From a virus (taxonomy: Duplodnaviria; Caudoviricetes), in the IMG/VR virus record IMGVR_UViG_3300020222_000131, positions 1-29,205 of that record: 29,205 nt of DNA; one strand, given 5' to 3'. Below, in pieces: positions 8,509-16,249 of the stretch. The first letter of the stretch is position 1; the number at the start of each line of letters is the position of its first letter. The position numbers and the translations under genes were made by a program. The notes beneath the pieces are model-generated. The model was not told where the DNA came from, did not search any database, and saw only the letters and a program-made list of their open reading frames with translations.

Positions 8509-9996
8509 TTATACCTTCCTCCCTTTATAACCATACATATATCTTCTTACACTTATATTCCCCTCTAGCCTCAATCTAAACCTTATTTGATGTCTTGTAA
8601 TATTAAAACTCCATTTTAACCACTTCCAGATGTTAAGAGAACCAGTAACTGTTCCTAAGGCAGTATAAGAATGGCCCCCATTATCTGAGAAGAATAATTC
8701 AATAGACCCACTACCTTCTGCCTCTACCCAGAAAAGTAGAAACCTATTCTCCCTCTCAAAGGTTTTATCTATAGTATCCCAGTATTTACTAGATAAGTCT
8801 GTAGATACCTTAGTAACATCAATCTTCTTTATATATTTAGTAGCACCAGTAGATGAACCTACAAGTATTATAGGAAAATCTGAAACTATTGCTGAACCCC
8901 CCCAGACCCAATCTTGCTCTAACCATGTACCAACAAGGTCATCCCAGGTAATACTAGTAGCCTCTTTCCAAGAACCAAAGCAATAAACTGGGTTATCACT
9001 CTTTCTAGACCACCAACTTTGAGTAGTAATATTGTATCTATAAATTGTTTTCGCATCAGTACTACCTATTGTAGGAACTGCTAACCAATACTCATTTAGA
9101 ACAGGAACATAAACTGCCTTGCATTTTGAAACTTGTGAGTCATTCAAGAGTCTATTAGGCCCAAAAAGTTCCATCCATATTTGATTTCCTATAGGCTCAT
9201 TAGATACTCCATTAAATCTATAAATATTATCAGTGCCCATATAATAGTGGAATCCACCTATCTCAACTACAGTGTCAGTAGCAAGTAGGCCTGTGTCACT
9301 TATCACTTTTACAGGCGTGAATATTCTAGGATATCCTACATAGGCTATTTCCCAAATTGAGTCTTCTTTATAGGCAAACAGCCTGTCTCTTAAATACTCA
9401 ACCCTCTTCAAAAAACCTGGAGTATCAGCCAAATCAAAGAACCCTGAGGTTCCAGTAGTCCAGTTCTCATATGCCCCTACACTACTCCATCTCATCCTAT
9501 GAGGACAGGCTGTCCCTGATTCTATTGTATTACCTAATAAGACATGGGCATAAAAGGTTCTTATATATCTGGCTTTTATATTTGTTAAACCCCCAAGAGC
9601 GGCATATGTAGTCCCATTCCATTTTTTTACCTCATTCTCATAGTCACTTATAAGCAATTGGTCTGTCCCAGGCCAAACAGTCATAGAAACATGTCTGGGA
9701 TCTGTTCCAGTATAAACTCCTATAGAGGTCCAGGTACCTGCAGAATAATAGAAAAGAGCAGCTGAAGTAGCTAAAACAAAATAAGAGCCTCCATCAGTCT
9801 TTGTAAATTGGTATAGGGTTAAAGGAGTATTGGCTATAGAACCTGAGGTAAAAAGAGAAAAACCTCTTGCAGGCCTTAATAAACCTTTGTAAAATTCTAC
9901 CTCTTGGGTATCAGGACTAGCATCGTCAGGAAGTAGTAGACCATCAACACTTGGTATGTAACCTTTAGTAAATGAAATACAATGTTTAAGTTCCAT
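8509..9996 (-). CDS. Tail nozzle / head-stabilisation protein (P22 gp10 / T7 gp12-like beta-propeller)
   Basis: 495 aa, beta-rich, with RMRWSS...NW, LFAYKEDSIW, YRYN....WW and FSDNGGHSY motifs. Lies downstream of the adaptor. Confidence 0.75.
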   Translation of the reverse strand: MELKHCISFTKGYIPSVDGLLLPDDASPDTQEVEFYKGLLRPARGFSLFTSGSIANTPLTLYQFTKTDGGSYFVLATSAALFYYSAGTWTSIGVYTGTDPRHVSMTVWPGTDQLLISDYENEVKKWNGTTYAALGGLTNIKARYIRTFYAHVLLGNTIESGTACPHRMRWSSVGAYENWTTGTSGFFDLADTPGFLKRVEYLRDRLFAYKEDSIWEIAYVGYPRIFTPVKVISDTGLLATDTVVEIGGFHYYMGTDNIYRFNGVSNEPIGNQIWMELFGPNRLLNDSQVSKCKAVYVPVLNEYWLAVPTIGSTDAKTIYRYNITTQSWWSRKSDNPVYCFGSWKEATSITWDDLVGTWLEQDWVWGGSAIVSDFPIILVGSSTGATKYIKKIDVTKVSTDLSSKYWDTIDKTFERENRFLLFWVEAEGSGSIELFFSDNGGHSYTALGTVTGSLNIWKWLKWSFNITRHQIRFRLRLEGNISVRRYMYGYKGRKV

Positions 9997-9998
9997 CT

Positions 9999-10865
9999 TT
10001 AAGCTATCCTTGTTACTGCAAGCCAGGTACTACTACCTGCCTTTACATAAAAGTTAGTCATAGCTGTTTGATATATATATACATCTATAGTCTGACCCCC
10101 AGTACAAGGGTATATATCCATTATTTGTATACTACATCTATTAACTACTCCAGGAGCTGCCTTTACTACACCTAAGTTGCCTCCCGAGTATAAAGTGGCT
10201 TGAATACGACCTATAATATCATACTGACAATCTAGTGAGCATATAAAGAGATACTTACCAGCTGCAGGAATAGTAATAGTATTAGACGCAAACATTCCAT
10301 AGGGGTCATAACTCTCAGTATTGAATACTGTAACTTTTGTCCAAGTATCAGATGCAATAGACTGGTCTGAACCAGAACCATATGCTCTAAAAGTATATTG
10401 ACTCACCCCAAAGTCTCCTGTACCAGAAACCAGGACCCAATTACTTCCATTACTTATAATTTGAATAAAGGAATATTGAGAAACTAAAGATACTGTAAGC
10501 ACTCCATCTATAGTCTCTGAACCATTTGGGTCAATAATAACCTTGTTTTCAGAACTATCAGTCTTCTTGATTAAGTAAGGTTTACCTGTAGAACCTATAG
10601 CTGTAGGAAGACCTATAGTTACTTCTCCTCCTGAAGCATTTACCAGGATAATATTATCAAGAAGTGTTGCAGTATATCCTGCAGTCTTACTTACAACCTT
10701 CCAGGCATGCATACCAAAAGGGTCTGTAGTTAAAGACCCATAAAGATGTTCAAGATTCAATCTCTCCTTGACATCAACTTTTAAATCCCTAATCTCCTGC
10801 CCACCATATCTTGCTTGATCCCCATCAGCAGGGTCCGCCTCATTCCAAGACCTTGTAAATGCCAT
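9999..10865 (-). CDS. Tail fibre / receptor-binding protein with C1q/TNF-like C-terminal domain
   Basis: N-terminal anchor (P...D....G..EIRDLK), common fibre domain (VNASGGEVTIGLPTA...IKKTDSS...ETIDG), C-terminal FNTESYDP...TIPAAGKYLF C1q-like motif. Confidence 0.7.
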   Translation of the reverse strand: MAFTRSWNEADPADGDQARYGGQEIRDLKVDVKERLNLEHLYGSLTTDPFGMHAWKVVSKTAGYTATLLDNIILVNASGGEVTIGLPTAIGSTGKPYLIKKTDSSENKVIIDPNGSETIDGVLTVSLVSQYSFIQIISNGSNWVLVSGTGDFGVSQYTFRAYGSGSDQSIASDTWTKVTVFNTESYDPYGMFASNTITIPAAGKYLFICSLDCQYDIIGRIQATLYSGGNLGVVKAAPGVVNRCSIQIMDIYPCTGGQTIDVYIYQTAMTNFYVKAGSSTWLAVTRIA

Positions 10866-10875
10866 TATAGCCTCC

Positions 10876-11574
10876 TTATTTAGGTTTTGAATGGATAAAA
10901 GGATTTAACCAATAATCCCCAGAAAGGTTTTTGGAAATATCCCCTTTAATAAAACCTTGTAATGCTGTAAGGTTTGGTAAGAGTTCTTTAGAAATATTAT
11001 AAGAAGTTAATAACTTGCTAGCTAAACCAAACCATCTAGTTCCTACTTCTATTTCTTCTATACTAAAGAAGAAAAGACCTGTGGTTAAAAGAATTAAAAC
11101 TTCATCTAATTCTTTAAATTGAATCACTGTTGTATCATCTGTAACTGGAAGAGGCCATTGATGAAATCTTATTACTAAGGAATAAGCATCATCTGGTTTC
11201 CTAAATAATGAAATAACATTCCCCCATTTTGTATAAATAGTAGGTCTACCTGAAGTAGCTGTAGGAATATAAGGAATTATCTCTTGGTCCCATTTTAAAG
11301 GAGAAATAAAATCTAAAGGATATCCTTTTGTTGAAGTTATTAGAACTGTGCTATAGAATTTATTAAACCTTTCCAACTCAATATTATAATCTGCTATATC
11401 TTTTGCAAGGACTGGGCAAACCTTTTTCTCCAACTCCCACCAGTTGTGTAAGGTAGCTGCTAACCTTTGGGCAGAGTTAAAGAAGAATAAAATTGAACTC
11501 CCAGAATCGGAATCTAACCTATTCCCTATATTCCTTTGAATTTGAGGCTTTAAATCTCCATAAGTGCTGCTCAT
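10876..11574 (-). CDS. Head-tail adaptor (tail tubular protein A-like)
   Basis: Typical pattern: N-terminal helices, FFNSAQR...HNWWELEK, SGRPTIY, KPDDAY; size and synteny fit. Confidence 0.75.
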   Translation of the reverse strand: MSSTYGDLKPQIQRNIGNRLDSDSGSSILFFFNSAQRLAATLHNWWELEKKVCPVLAKDIADYNIELERFNKFYSTVLITSTKGYPLDFISPLKWDQEIIPYIPTATSGRPTIYTKWGNVISLFRKPDDAYSLVIRFHQWPLPVTDDTTVIQFKELDEVLILLTTGLFFFSIEEIEVGTRWFGLASKLLTSYNISKELLPNLTALQGFIKGDISKNLSGDYWLNPFIHSKPK

Positions 11575-13373
11575 ACTTTTAACCTCCCTTCTGGATTGAT
11601 ATTTAAACCAGTTAAACTTTTAGGTATACTACATGTAAAGTCATTTATAGAACCTGGAACAGGGCAACTAAACCCAATCAAGTGACCCTTACCAATAAAA
11701 GTTACCTCCTTACCAATTAACTTAAATTCACCTACTTCTACTAGTAAAAGATAGGTTTTAAGTAAAGAAACTACCTGCCCTGATAAATTAAAGGAACCTG
11801 CTTCAAGAGTAATTTTGCTATCCTTTATCAAATTTAGAATTTGCCCTATGGTGATATAAGAGCCATCATCACAGATAATTTTTCTATTAAAAAAGGTTGC
11901 TACATCTTGGCCTGTTAAAATATATTCACCTGCATCTACAACTATTCCTATTCCTTTTATAAGGGCTACATCCTGGCCTGTAAAAGTATATGAACCTACC
12001 TCAGATAGAACTTTTGAAGCTTTTAAAGTGTCAACTGCCTGTCCTGTAAGAGCATAACCTCCACCTGCTGCGGATATGATATAAGCAACACTCCACACCA
12101 CCGTCAAAATCGGTCTGTATGACTCGGTGGCATTTTCTTGGGAAGCGATGTGTATATATTCTAAACCAGTAGGTTGGTTGGCATTGTAGTCCCTTGAACT
12201 TCTCAGTGAATAATAGGTGTAACCAGCCTTGACTACCCACGAAGTGCTGAGATTACCACTCGCATACTGCGTGTTTATAGCCATTCCACTCGTGTTTCTC
12301 CAGATACTATCATCGGCAGTGCCAGCAAGACAATTGTCATAAGCAGCCTCTCTGTTTGAAGCAGATATAGGGTCTTGGGCTGACCAATCCTGTTTTACAA
12401 TTTGAACGTCAAAATCTGTGTCAGAATAGTCTGCAATACATACCATCTTTTTGTTAACTTGACTAATACTCGCAGCAGCGGGAATAGCTGTTGTGTCAAA
12501 CTTTGTAAAAGCCCTATAAACATCATAAACTAAGATACCAGTGTTATAGTATTGCCCACACATAAGGGAAATATAAGTAGTGTCGTGAGTGGAAGAAGTA
12601 CTCCTTGCAGTAGAATAGGAGGTAGAGGCTCCATAAATGAATCCATCCACCACCATGTCAAGATAATCAGGGTCAAGAACTACAGGGAAGGTATATTTTG
12701 ACAATTCTGCAATAGAGACACCCGTATAAAGATATTGAATACCTCCAACATACCGAGCATAGCGTTTCATAAGGATAGGCTTGTTTTTTGCATCTATGCC
12801 ATAAGGAATAGGAAAAATATGGTCTGCTTTATTGAAATCACCAAGCCAACCATCAGGCCAAATCTGAGTAGTACCAAAGTTAGTCTCAATGACAGCCCAA
12901 TCATCTGTGCCACCAGAAGGAGCAACGTCAATCGTGAGTGATTCCCTTAACCCTGTTTCTGTCAATCTCAGACAATGGTGATAGTTGCCTTTCTCTCGGA
13001 TGACACAATCATCAGAAACCACACCAATGGGAAAAGTAAGAAGCGAGGTGAATTTCTTAGTAGAGACATTAAAGATTCCTATTCTATTTGTAGATTGTGT
13101 ATGAAGCGTCTTCCCAGTAGAGCCTGAAATTCTTACCAAACCATCCTTTTTAATTCTTGTATTAAGCCCAGGAGCTCCATACTCAACCCCAATCGGGAGA
13201 AGTTTGGTATCAATAGGTTTCCATATACCATCAAAATAGTGAATCGGCCCGCCAAGACATTCTGTAACAAAATAACCACCTTCTTTGAAGGTAATAGACC
13301 CTCTTGCTCTTGAATGAATCTTGGAAACCTTATCAGGATTCTTCTCTAAATAATCTTTGACCCAGTTAGCCAT
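11571..13373 (-). CDS. Mosaic virion protein: WapA/Rhs-type N-terminal region, DNRLRE-like domain and 22-aa C-terminal repeats
   Basis: PIHYFDGIWKPIDTKL and FPVVLDP motifs; RAFTKFDTTAIPAAASISQV...ASQE....RPILTV; six GxY/FxLxGQxV repeats. Confidence 0.6.
   Translation of the reverse strand: MANWVKDYLEKNPDKVSKIHSRARGSITFKEGGYFVTECLGGPIHYFDGIWKPIDTKLLPIGVEYGAPGLNTRIKKDGLVRISGSTGKTLHTQSTNRIGIFNVSTKKFTSLLTFPIGVVSDDCVIREKGNYHHCLRLTETGLRESLTIDVAPSGGTDDWAVIETNFGTTQIWPDGWLGDFNKADHIFPIPYGIDAKNKPILMKRYARYVGGIQYLYTGVSIAELSKYTFPVVLDPDYLDMVVDGFIYGASTSYSTARSTSSTHDTTYISLMCGQYYNTGILVYDVYRAFTKFDTTAIPAAASISQVNKKMVCIADYSDTDFDVQIVKQDWSAQDPISASNREAAYDNCLAGTADDSIWRNTSGMAINTQYASGNLSTSWVVKAGYTYYSLRSSRDYNANQPTGLEYIHIASQENATESYRPILTVVWSVAYIISAAGGGYALTGQAVDTLKASKVLSEVGSYTFTGQDVALIKGIGIVVDAGEYILTGQDVATFFNRKIICDDGSYITIGQILNLIKDSKITLEAGSFNLSGQVVSLLKTYLLLVEVGEFKLIGKEVTFIGKGHLIGFSCPVPGSINDFTCSIPKSLTGLNINPEGRLKV
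11691..12068 (-). repeat. About six tandem 22-aa repeats (consensus xxGxYxLTGQxVxLxK)
   Basis: GGYALTGQAV / GSYTFTGQDV / GEYILTGQDV / GSYITIGQIL / GSFNLSGQVV / GEFKLIGKEV at 66-nt period. Confidence 0.85.
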
Positions 13374-13731
13374 TTAACCTCTTGTAGTTTGATAGACCCA
13401 ATTCTATAGGATCTACCTTAAACCTAATATGTTTACACCCACAAATCTTGCAGACTCTAGTATTAACACCTTTTCTATCATCTTTTAATTCTGTAAGATT
13501 CTTCGCATATTTACAACAATCTTTCACAGTATCTGGTTGGGATACAGACTCTTTATAACCTTTAGCCTTCTCTTGCATCTCATTCCAGCGTTTCACAGCA
13601 TAATCAAAGGTATTACCCCAGACAAAATCTGCACACCTCTGGCATCTAATTTCACAACAAGTATTTGTTACCTGCCTAAGGATTATTTTCCCGTTACCAC
13701 AGTGACATTCTCTTAACGTTAACAGTTCCAT
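13366..13731 (-). CDS. Cys-rich double zinc-finger protein, N-terminal half Lar-like
   Basis: LRECHCG...IRCQRC...AVKRWN resembles the Lar restriction-alleviation pattern; second CC...CKICGCKH finger; translationally coupled on both sides. Confidence 0.5.
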   Translation of the reverse strand: MELLTLRECHCGNGKIILRQVTNTCCEIRCQRCADFVWGNTFDYAVKRWNEMQEKAKGYKESVSQPDTVKDCCKYAKNLTELKDDRKGVNTRVCKICGCKHIRFKVDPIELGLSNYKRLNG

Positions 13732-14150
13732 TATGCTATCGTTAACACACTTGCACCAAAGTCAACTGTAAAACTCTCACCTGCATTAATAGTAATTGCT
13801 GAGCCATAATCCCACCACGAAATTAGTGGGTCAGCAGGAGATATCGGAGTATCATTGTACATTGGAACATATCTAAAAGGCCCGAATGAACCACCCGATG
13901 CTGTCCACGTCTTGTCTACTGCTGTCATTGTACCAGTACCACCTGTCTCAGTATAATCATTCTGGACATCAGCAGGGGCATAACCATTTTGTTCTGTAAT
14001 ACCTGCAAGGTCTGCCTTCACTGCATCAAGAGAAGCATCTGGAGTATCATTTGTAAGATAAACCATCAAAGTATGCCCAGCAGCGTGAAGCTGATGCACA
14101 CCTTTTCCTAACTGCTCTACAAAATCGTGGAATTTGTTGTATGCTGCCAT
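13731..14150 (-). CDS. Conserved phage virion structural protein (tail-associated)
   Basis: WTASGGSFGPFRY..YNDT...DPLI.WWDYGS.IT...GESFTVDF motif recalled from phage structural genes; AAAGGGG RBS. Confidence 0.65.
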   Translation of the reverse strand: MAAYNKFHDFVEQLGKGVHQLHAAGHTLMVYLTNDTPDASLDAVKADLAGITEQNGYAPADVQNDYTETGGTGTMTAVDKTWTASGGSFGPFRYVPMYNDTPISPADPLISWWDYGSAITINAGESFTVDFGASVLTIA

Positions 14151-14162
14151 CTATTAACCCCT

Positions 14163-14558
14163 TTAGAATGTTACTTTCAAGATTGTTACATAGAGAGCTG
14201 GATGAACCTTCACTGGTGCAGTAAAACTCATCATACCAAGAATACCAATGGAAGATGTAAAACCTTTTAAGAGCCAAGTACCACCAGCTTTCTCTACTAG
14301 TTTTGGAATATTTAAACCAAGCCCAACTCCAGCCATATTTGCAACATTGTCCTGTGAGATAACAGTTGCCTCAGCTCTAATTGATAAGAAATCATAGAAT
14401 GAAGCAATATCACTACCAACACCAACTGCAAATACACCAAGTGTTGGAAGATACAAAGTATCCCCCTGTAAATTTAAACCAGAAAAACTTATAGGTTCAG
14501 CATAAGCAAAGCTAACCAAACCTAACACCAGTACTAAACTAAGTAGTAATTTTTTCAT
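14163..14558 (-). CDS. Exported beta-rich protein, possibly outer-membrane
   Basis: AAGGAGG RBS, SPase I signal (…FAYA|EP), alternating hydrophobic strands, C-terminal Phe (TILKVTF). Confidence 0.6.
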   Translation of the reverse strand: MKKLLLSLVLVLGLVSFAYAEPISFSGLNLQGDTLYLPTLGVFAVGVGSDIASFYDFLSIRAEATVISQDNVANMAGVGLGLNIPKLVEKAGGTWLLKGFTSSIGILGMMSFTAPVKVHPALYVTILKVTF

Positions 14559-14703
14559 TCCTTTTCCTCCTTATAGGAATTATTCCAAAAAGTTTTATAC
14601 TACCATCTGAGCGAACTTCAAGAATTGGGACCTTAAGCCTTAATTCTTTCTTAGGCCTAAGTTCCTCAACAATCTTGTCAAACCTGCCTTCTTCTTTACT
14701 CAT
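14539..14703 (-). CDS. Small basic hypothetical protein (54 aa, not in ORF track)
   Basis: Manual translation MSKEEGRFDKIVEELRPKKELRLKVPILEVRSDGSIKLFGIIPIRRKRNEKITT*; overlaps both neighbours and fills the gap. Confidence 0.55.
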   Translation of the reverse strand: MSKEEGRFDKIVEELRPKKELRLKVPILEVRSDGSIKLFGIIPIRRKRNEKITT

Positions 14704-14926
14704 CTTTCTTCACACTATCTTTTGCAAAGAAACCAATAAAGAATGTGCCAATTAACATAATAGCATCTGATACTTCTTGGGGTATATCAGCCTTAAATAG
14801 CATCTTGAATAAAAATCCAAGAAGTACTACAAAAGCTGCCAGTGTTGTCTTCCAATCTTTCATCTTAAATGCCTCCTTAAGTTTATTAAAGCTTGTATAA
14901 GCTTTTAGTAAGACAATAATGTTCAT
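14696..14926 (-). CDS. Holin (two TM segments), with a second in-frame start at 14863
   Basis: MKDWKTT motif, two TM helices and charged tail AKDSVKKDE; adjacent to the endolysin. RBS precedes both ATG 14926 and ATG 14863. Confidence 0.7.
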   Translation of the reverse strand: MNIIVLLKAYTSFNKLKEAFKMKDWKTTLAAFVVLLGFLFKMLFKADIPQEVSDAIMLIGTFFIGFFAKDSVKKDE

Positions 14927-15156
14927 AGCATAACCTCTCCTTTATCCTTACACTCACACCAAATTTCAAGAGAGTCTCCAACCCTCTTAATCCTAAGTCA
15001 GACCGCCTTACCTTCCATTAACTCTTTACATTTTGCATAACAAGCATTTAATATAATCCGTTTCTCTTGTAATTGTAAACTATCCCAAAAGTCAATAGGT
15101 ATTTGTGTTATCAAGATAGCAAGGCAAAGCAATAATGAGACTAAGAACCTACTCAT
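14923..15156 (-). CDS. Membrane-anchored/exported Cys-rich protein with an in-frame TGA at 15000-14998 (52 aa if terminated, 77 aa if read through)
   Basis: Manual translation MSRFLVSLLLCLAILITQIPIDFWDSLQLQEKRIILNACYAKCKELMEGKAV*LRIKRVGDSLEIWCECKDKGEVML*. AAGGAGG RBS; ATGA overlap with the endolysin at the start and with the holin at the distal stop. Confidence 0.6.
14966..14990 (-). promoter_or_regulatory. Candidate bacterial SECIS / readthrough stem-loop
   Basis: mRNA UGA-CUUAGGA-UUAAGAGGGU[UGGAG]ACUCUCUUGA: 10-bp stem (2 GU pairs), 5-nt loop with G at position 2, loop starting 17 nt after UGA. Confidence 0.4.
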
Positions 15157-15527
15157 ACTCCCTCCTTATACTCAAAATGCCCAGCATCCCAACCTTCAAT
15201 TCTTTCCGTCTTAGGGTCATCCCCAAACCTACCCCCCCACCTTTGACCAAGGCTTTCCCAGTACTCACCAAGCTCTTTATATTTGTCTGGTTCATAATTT
15301 AGCCTCCCATCATCCTGGATGTCAGATAGAAAAGCTATATCAACAGCTAAACCATCCAAATGCCTTGATTTCAGTGTTTTACTTGCCCCTTTAGCAACTA
15401 ATAACTGTTGTTGCCTCGCAGTTCTTACCCATTCTATGATAAGTATAGGAGTACCCAAATCTCGTGCCTTCAAAATTAACATAGCAACCAAAGGCCAAAA
15501 AGCAGCCTGTTTCTCCCTAAGTGTCAT
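15153..15527 (-). CDS. Endolysin, L-Ala-D-Glu peptidase (M15 family)
   Basis: R...Q..L...GASKTLKSRHLDGLAVDI, WGG and DAGHFE zinc-peptidase motifs. Confidence 0.9.
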   Translation of the reverse strand: MTLREKQAAFWPLVAMLILKARDLGTPILIIEWVRTARQQQLLVAKGASKTLKSRHLDGLAVDIAFLSDIQDDGRLNYEPDKYKELGEYWESLGQRWGGRFGDDPKTERIEGWDAGHFEYKEGV

Positions 15528-15528
15528 C

Positions 15529-15795
15529 TTAGTGAACCTTCCCTTTTAACTCACCAAGTTTTTCAAGCATTTCATCTTGTTTCTCATTTATACTGAGAAG
15601 AGTTGCATTAATAGTTTGAATTACCTTATCACAGGCTTGTTTATGAGCTTCATGTTCTGTACGGGGTAAAAGTTTTTCTATTTCACCCTCAACTCTATTT
15701 ATCCTTTTATCAAAACCAAGCCAACTACCAATAGCACCAAGTAAGGCTCCGATAAGGCCCCCACCTGCACCATACCCAGCATTATCCCATCCCAT
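15529..15795 (-). CDS. Single-TM coiled-coil lysis-associated protein (holin/antiholin-like)
   Basis: Gly-rich TM segment followed by a coiled coil, directly upstream of the endolysin. Start at 15795 preferred because GGAGG precedes it. Confidence 0.55.
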   Translation of the reverse strand: MGWDNAGYGAGGGLIGALLGAIGSWLGFDKRINRVEGEIEKLLPRTEHEAHKQACDKVIQTINATLLSINEKQDEMLEKLGELKGKVH

Positions 15796-15949
15796 TTTGA
15801 GACCCTCCATCTTTATAATTACAGAGCTTCTTAAACTCTTCCAGTATATCTGGGTTAAAAAGGCCCGCTACTCTCTTTGACAAGAGGATAATAAACTCTT
15901 TCTTCTCCTCAATAGAGGCTTTCATATATTCCTTCATTATAGGATTCAT
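15782..15949 (-). CDS. Small hypothetical protein (55 aa, not in ORF track)
   Basis: MNPIMKEYMKASIEEKKEFIILLSKRVAGLFNPDILEEFKKLCNYKDGGSQNGMG*; GGAGG 8 nt upstream; fills the gap. Confidence 0.6.
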   Translation of the reverse strand: MNPIMKEYMKASIEEKKEFIILLSKRVAGLFNPDILEEFKKLCNYKDGGSQNGMG

Positions 15950-15961
15950 TCATAAAACCTC

Positions 15962-16240
15962 CTATGAATAGATTACTGTTATATTACTAGCAGCCGCAGT
16001 TACAATAGTTAATCCAGTAGAAAACCTACAACCAAAAGAATATAGCCCCTCAGTTATACTGGCCTTTAAAGTTCCGATTAGATTTCCAGACCCAGCAGTA
16101 TTATCATAGATAGTAATAGTCCCTGCTGCAGTACCATTAACTACAATACCAAAAAGAACTCCTGGCCCAGATTTAACCACAGTTGTAGTTGCAGTAGTAA
16201 TATTTTTATAGACTCCTATTACATCCTGGCGTATAGGCAT
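15962..16240 (-). CDS. Small beta-rich virion structural protein
   Basis: VVKSGPGVL.GIVVN...GTITIYDNT...F.TGLTIVT pattern common in head-associated genes; AGGGGGG RBS. Confidence 0.65.
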   Translation of the reverse strand: MPIRQDVIGVYKNITTATTTVVKSGPGVLFGIVVNGTAAGTITIYDNTAGSGNLIGTLKASITEGLYSFGCRFSTGLTIVTAAASNITVIYS

Positions 16241-16249
16241 AATCCCCCC

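Noticed and set aside
6823-10865. Diversity-generating retroelement target in the fibres
   Set aside because: No reverse transcriptase or adenine-variant template/variable repeat pair is visible in the window.
15855-15953. Alternative frame from ATG 15953 with another internal TGA (MNESYNEGIYESLY*)
   Set aside because: The frame from ATG 15949 has better SD spacing, is uninterrupted and tiles the gap.
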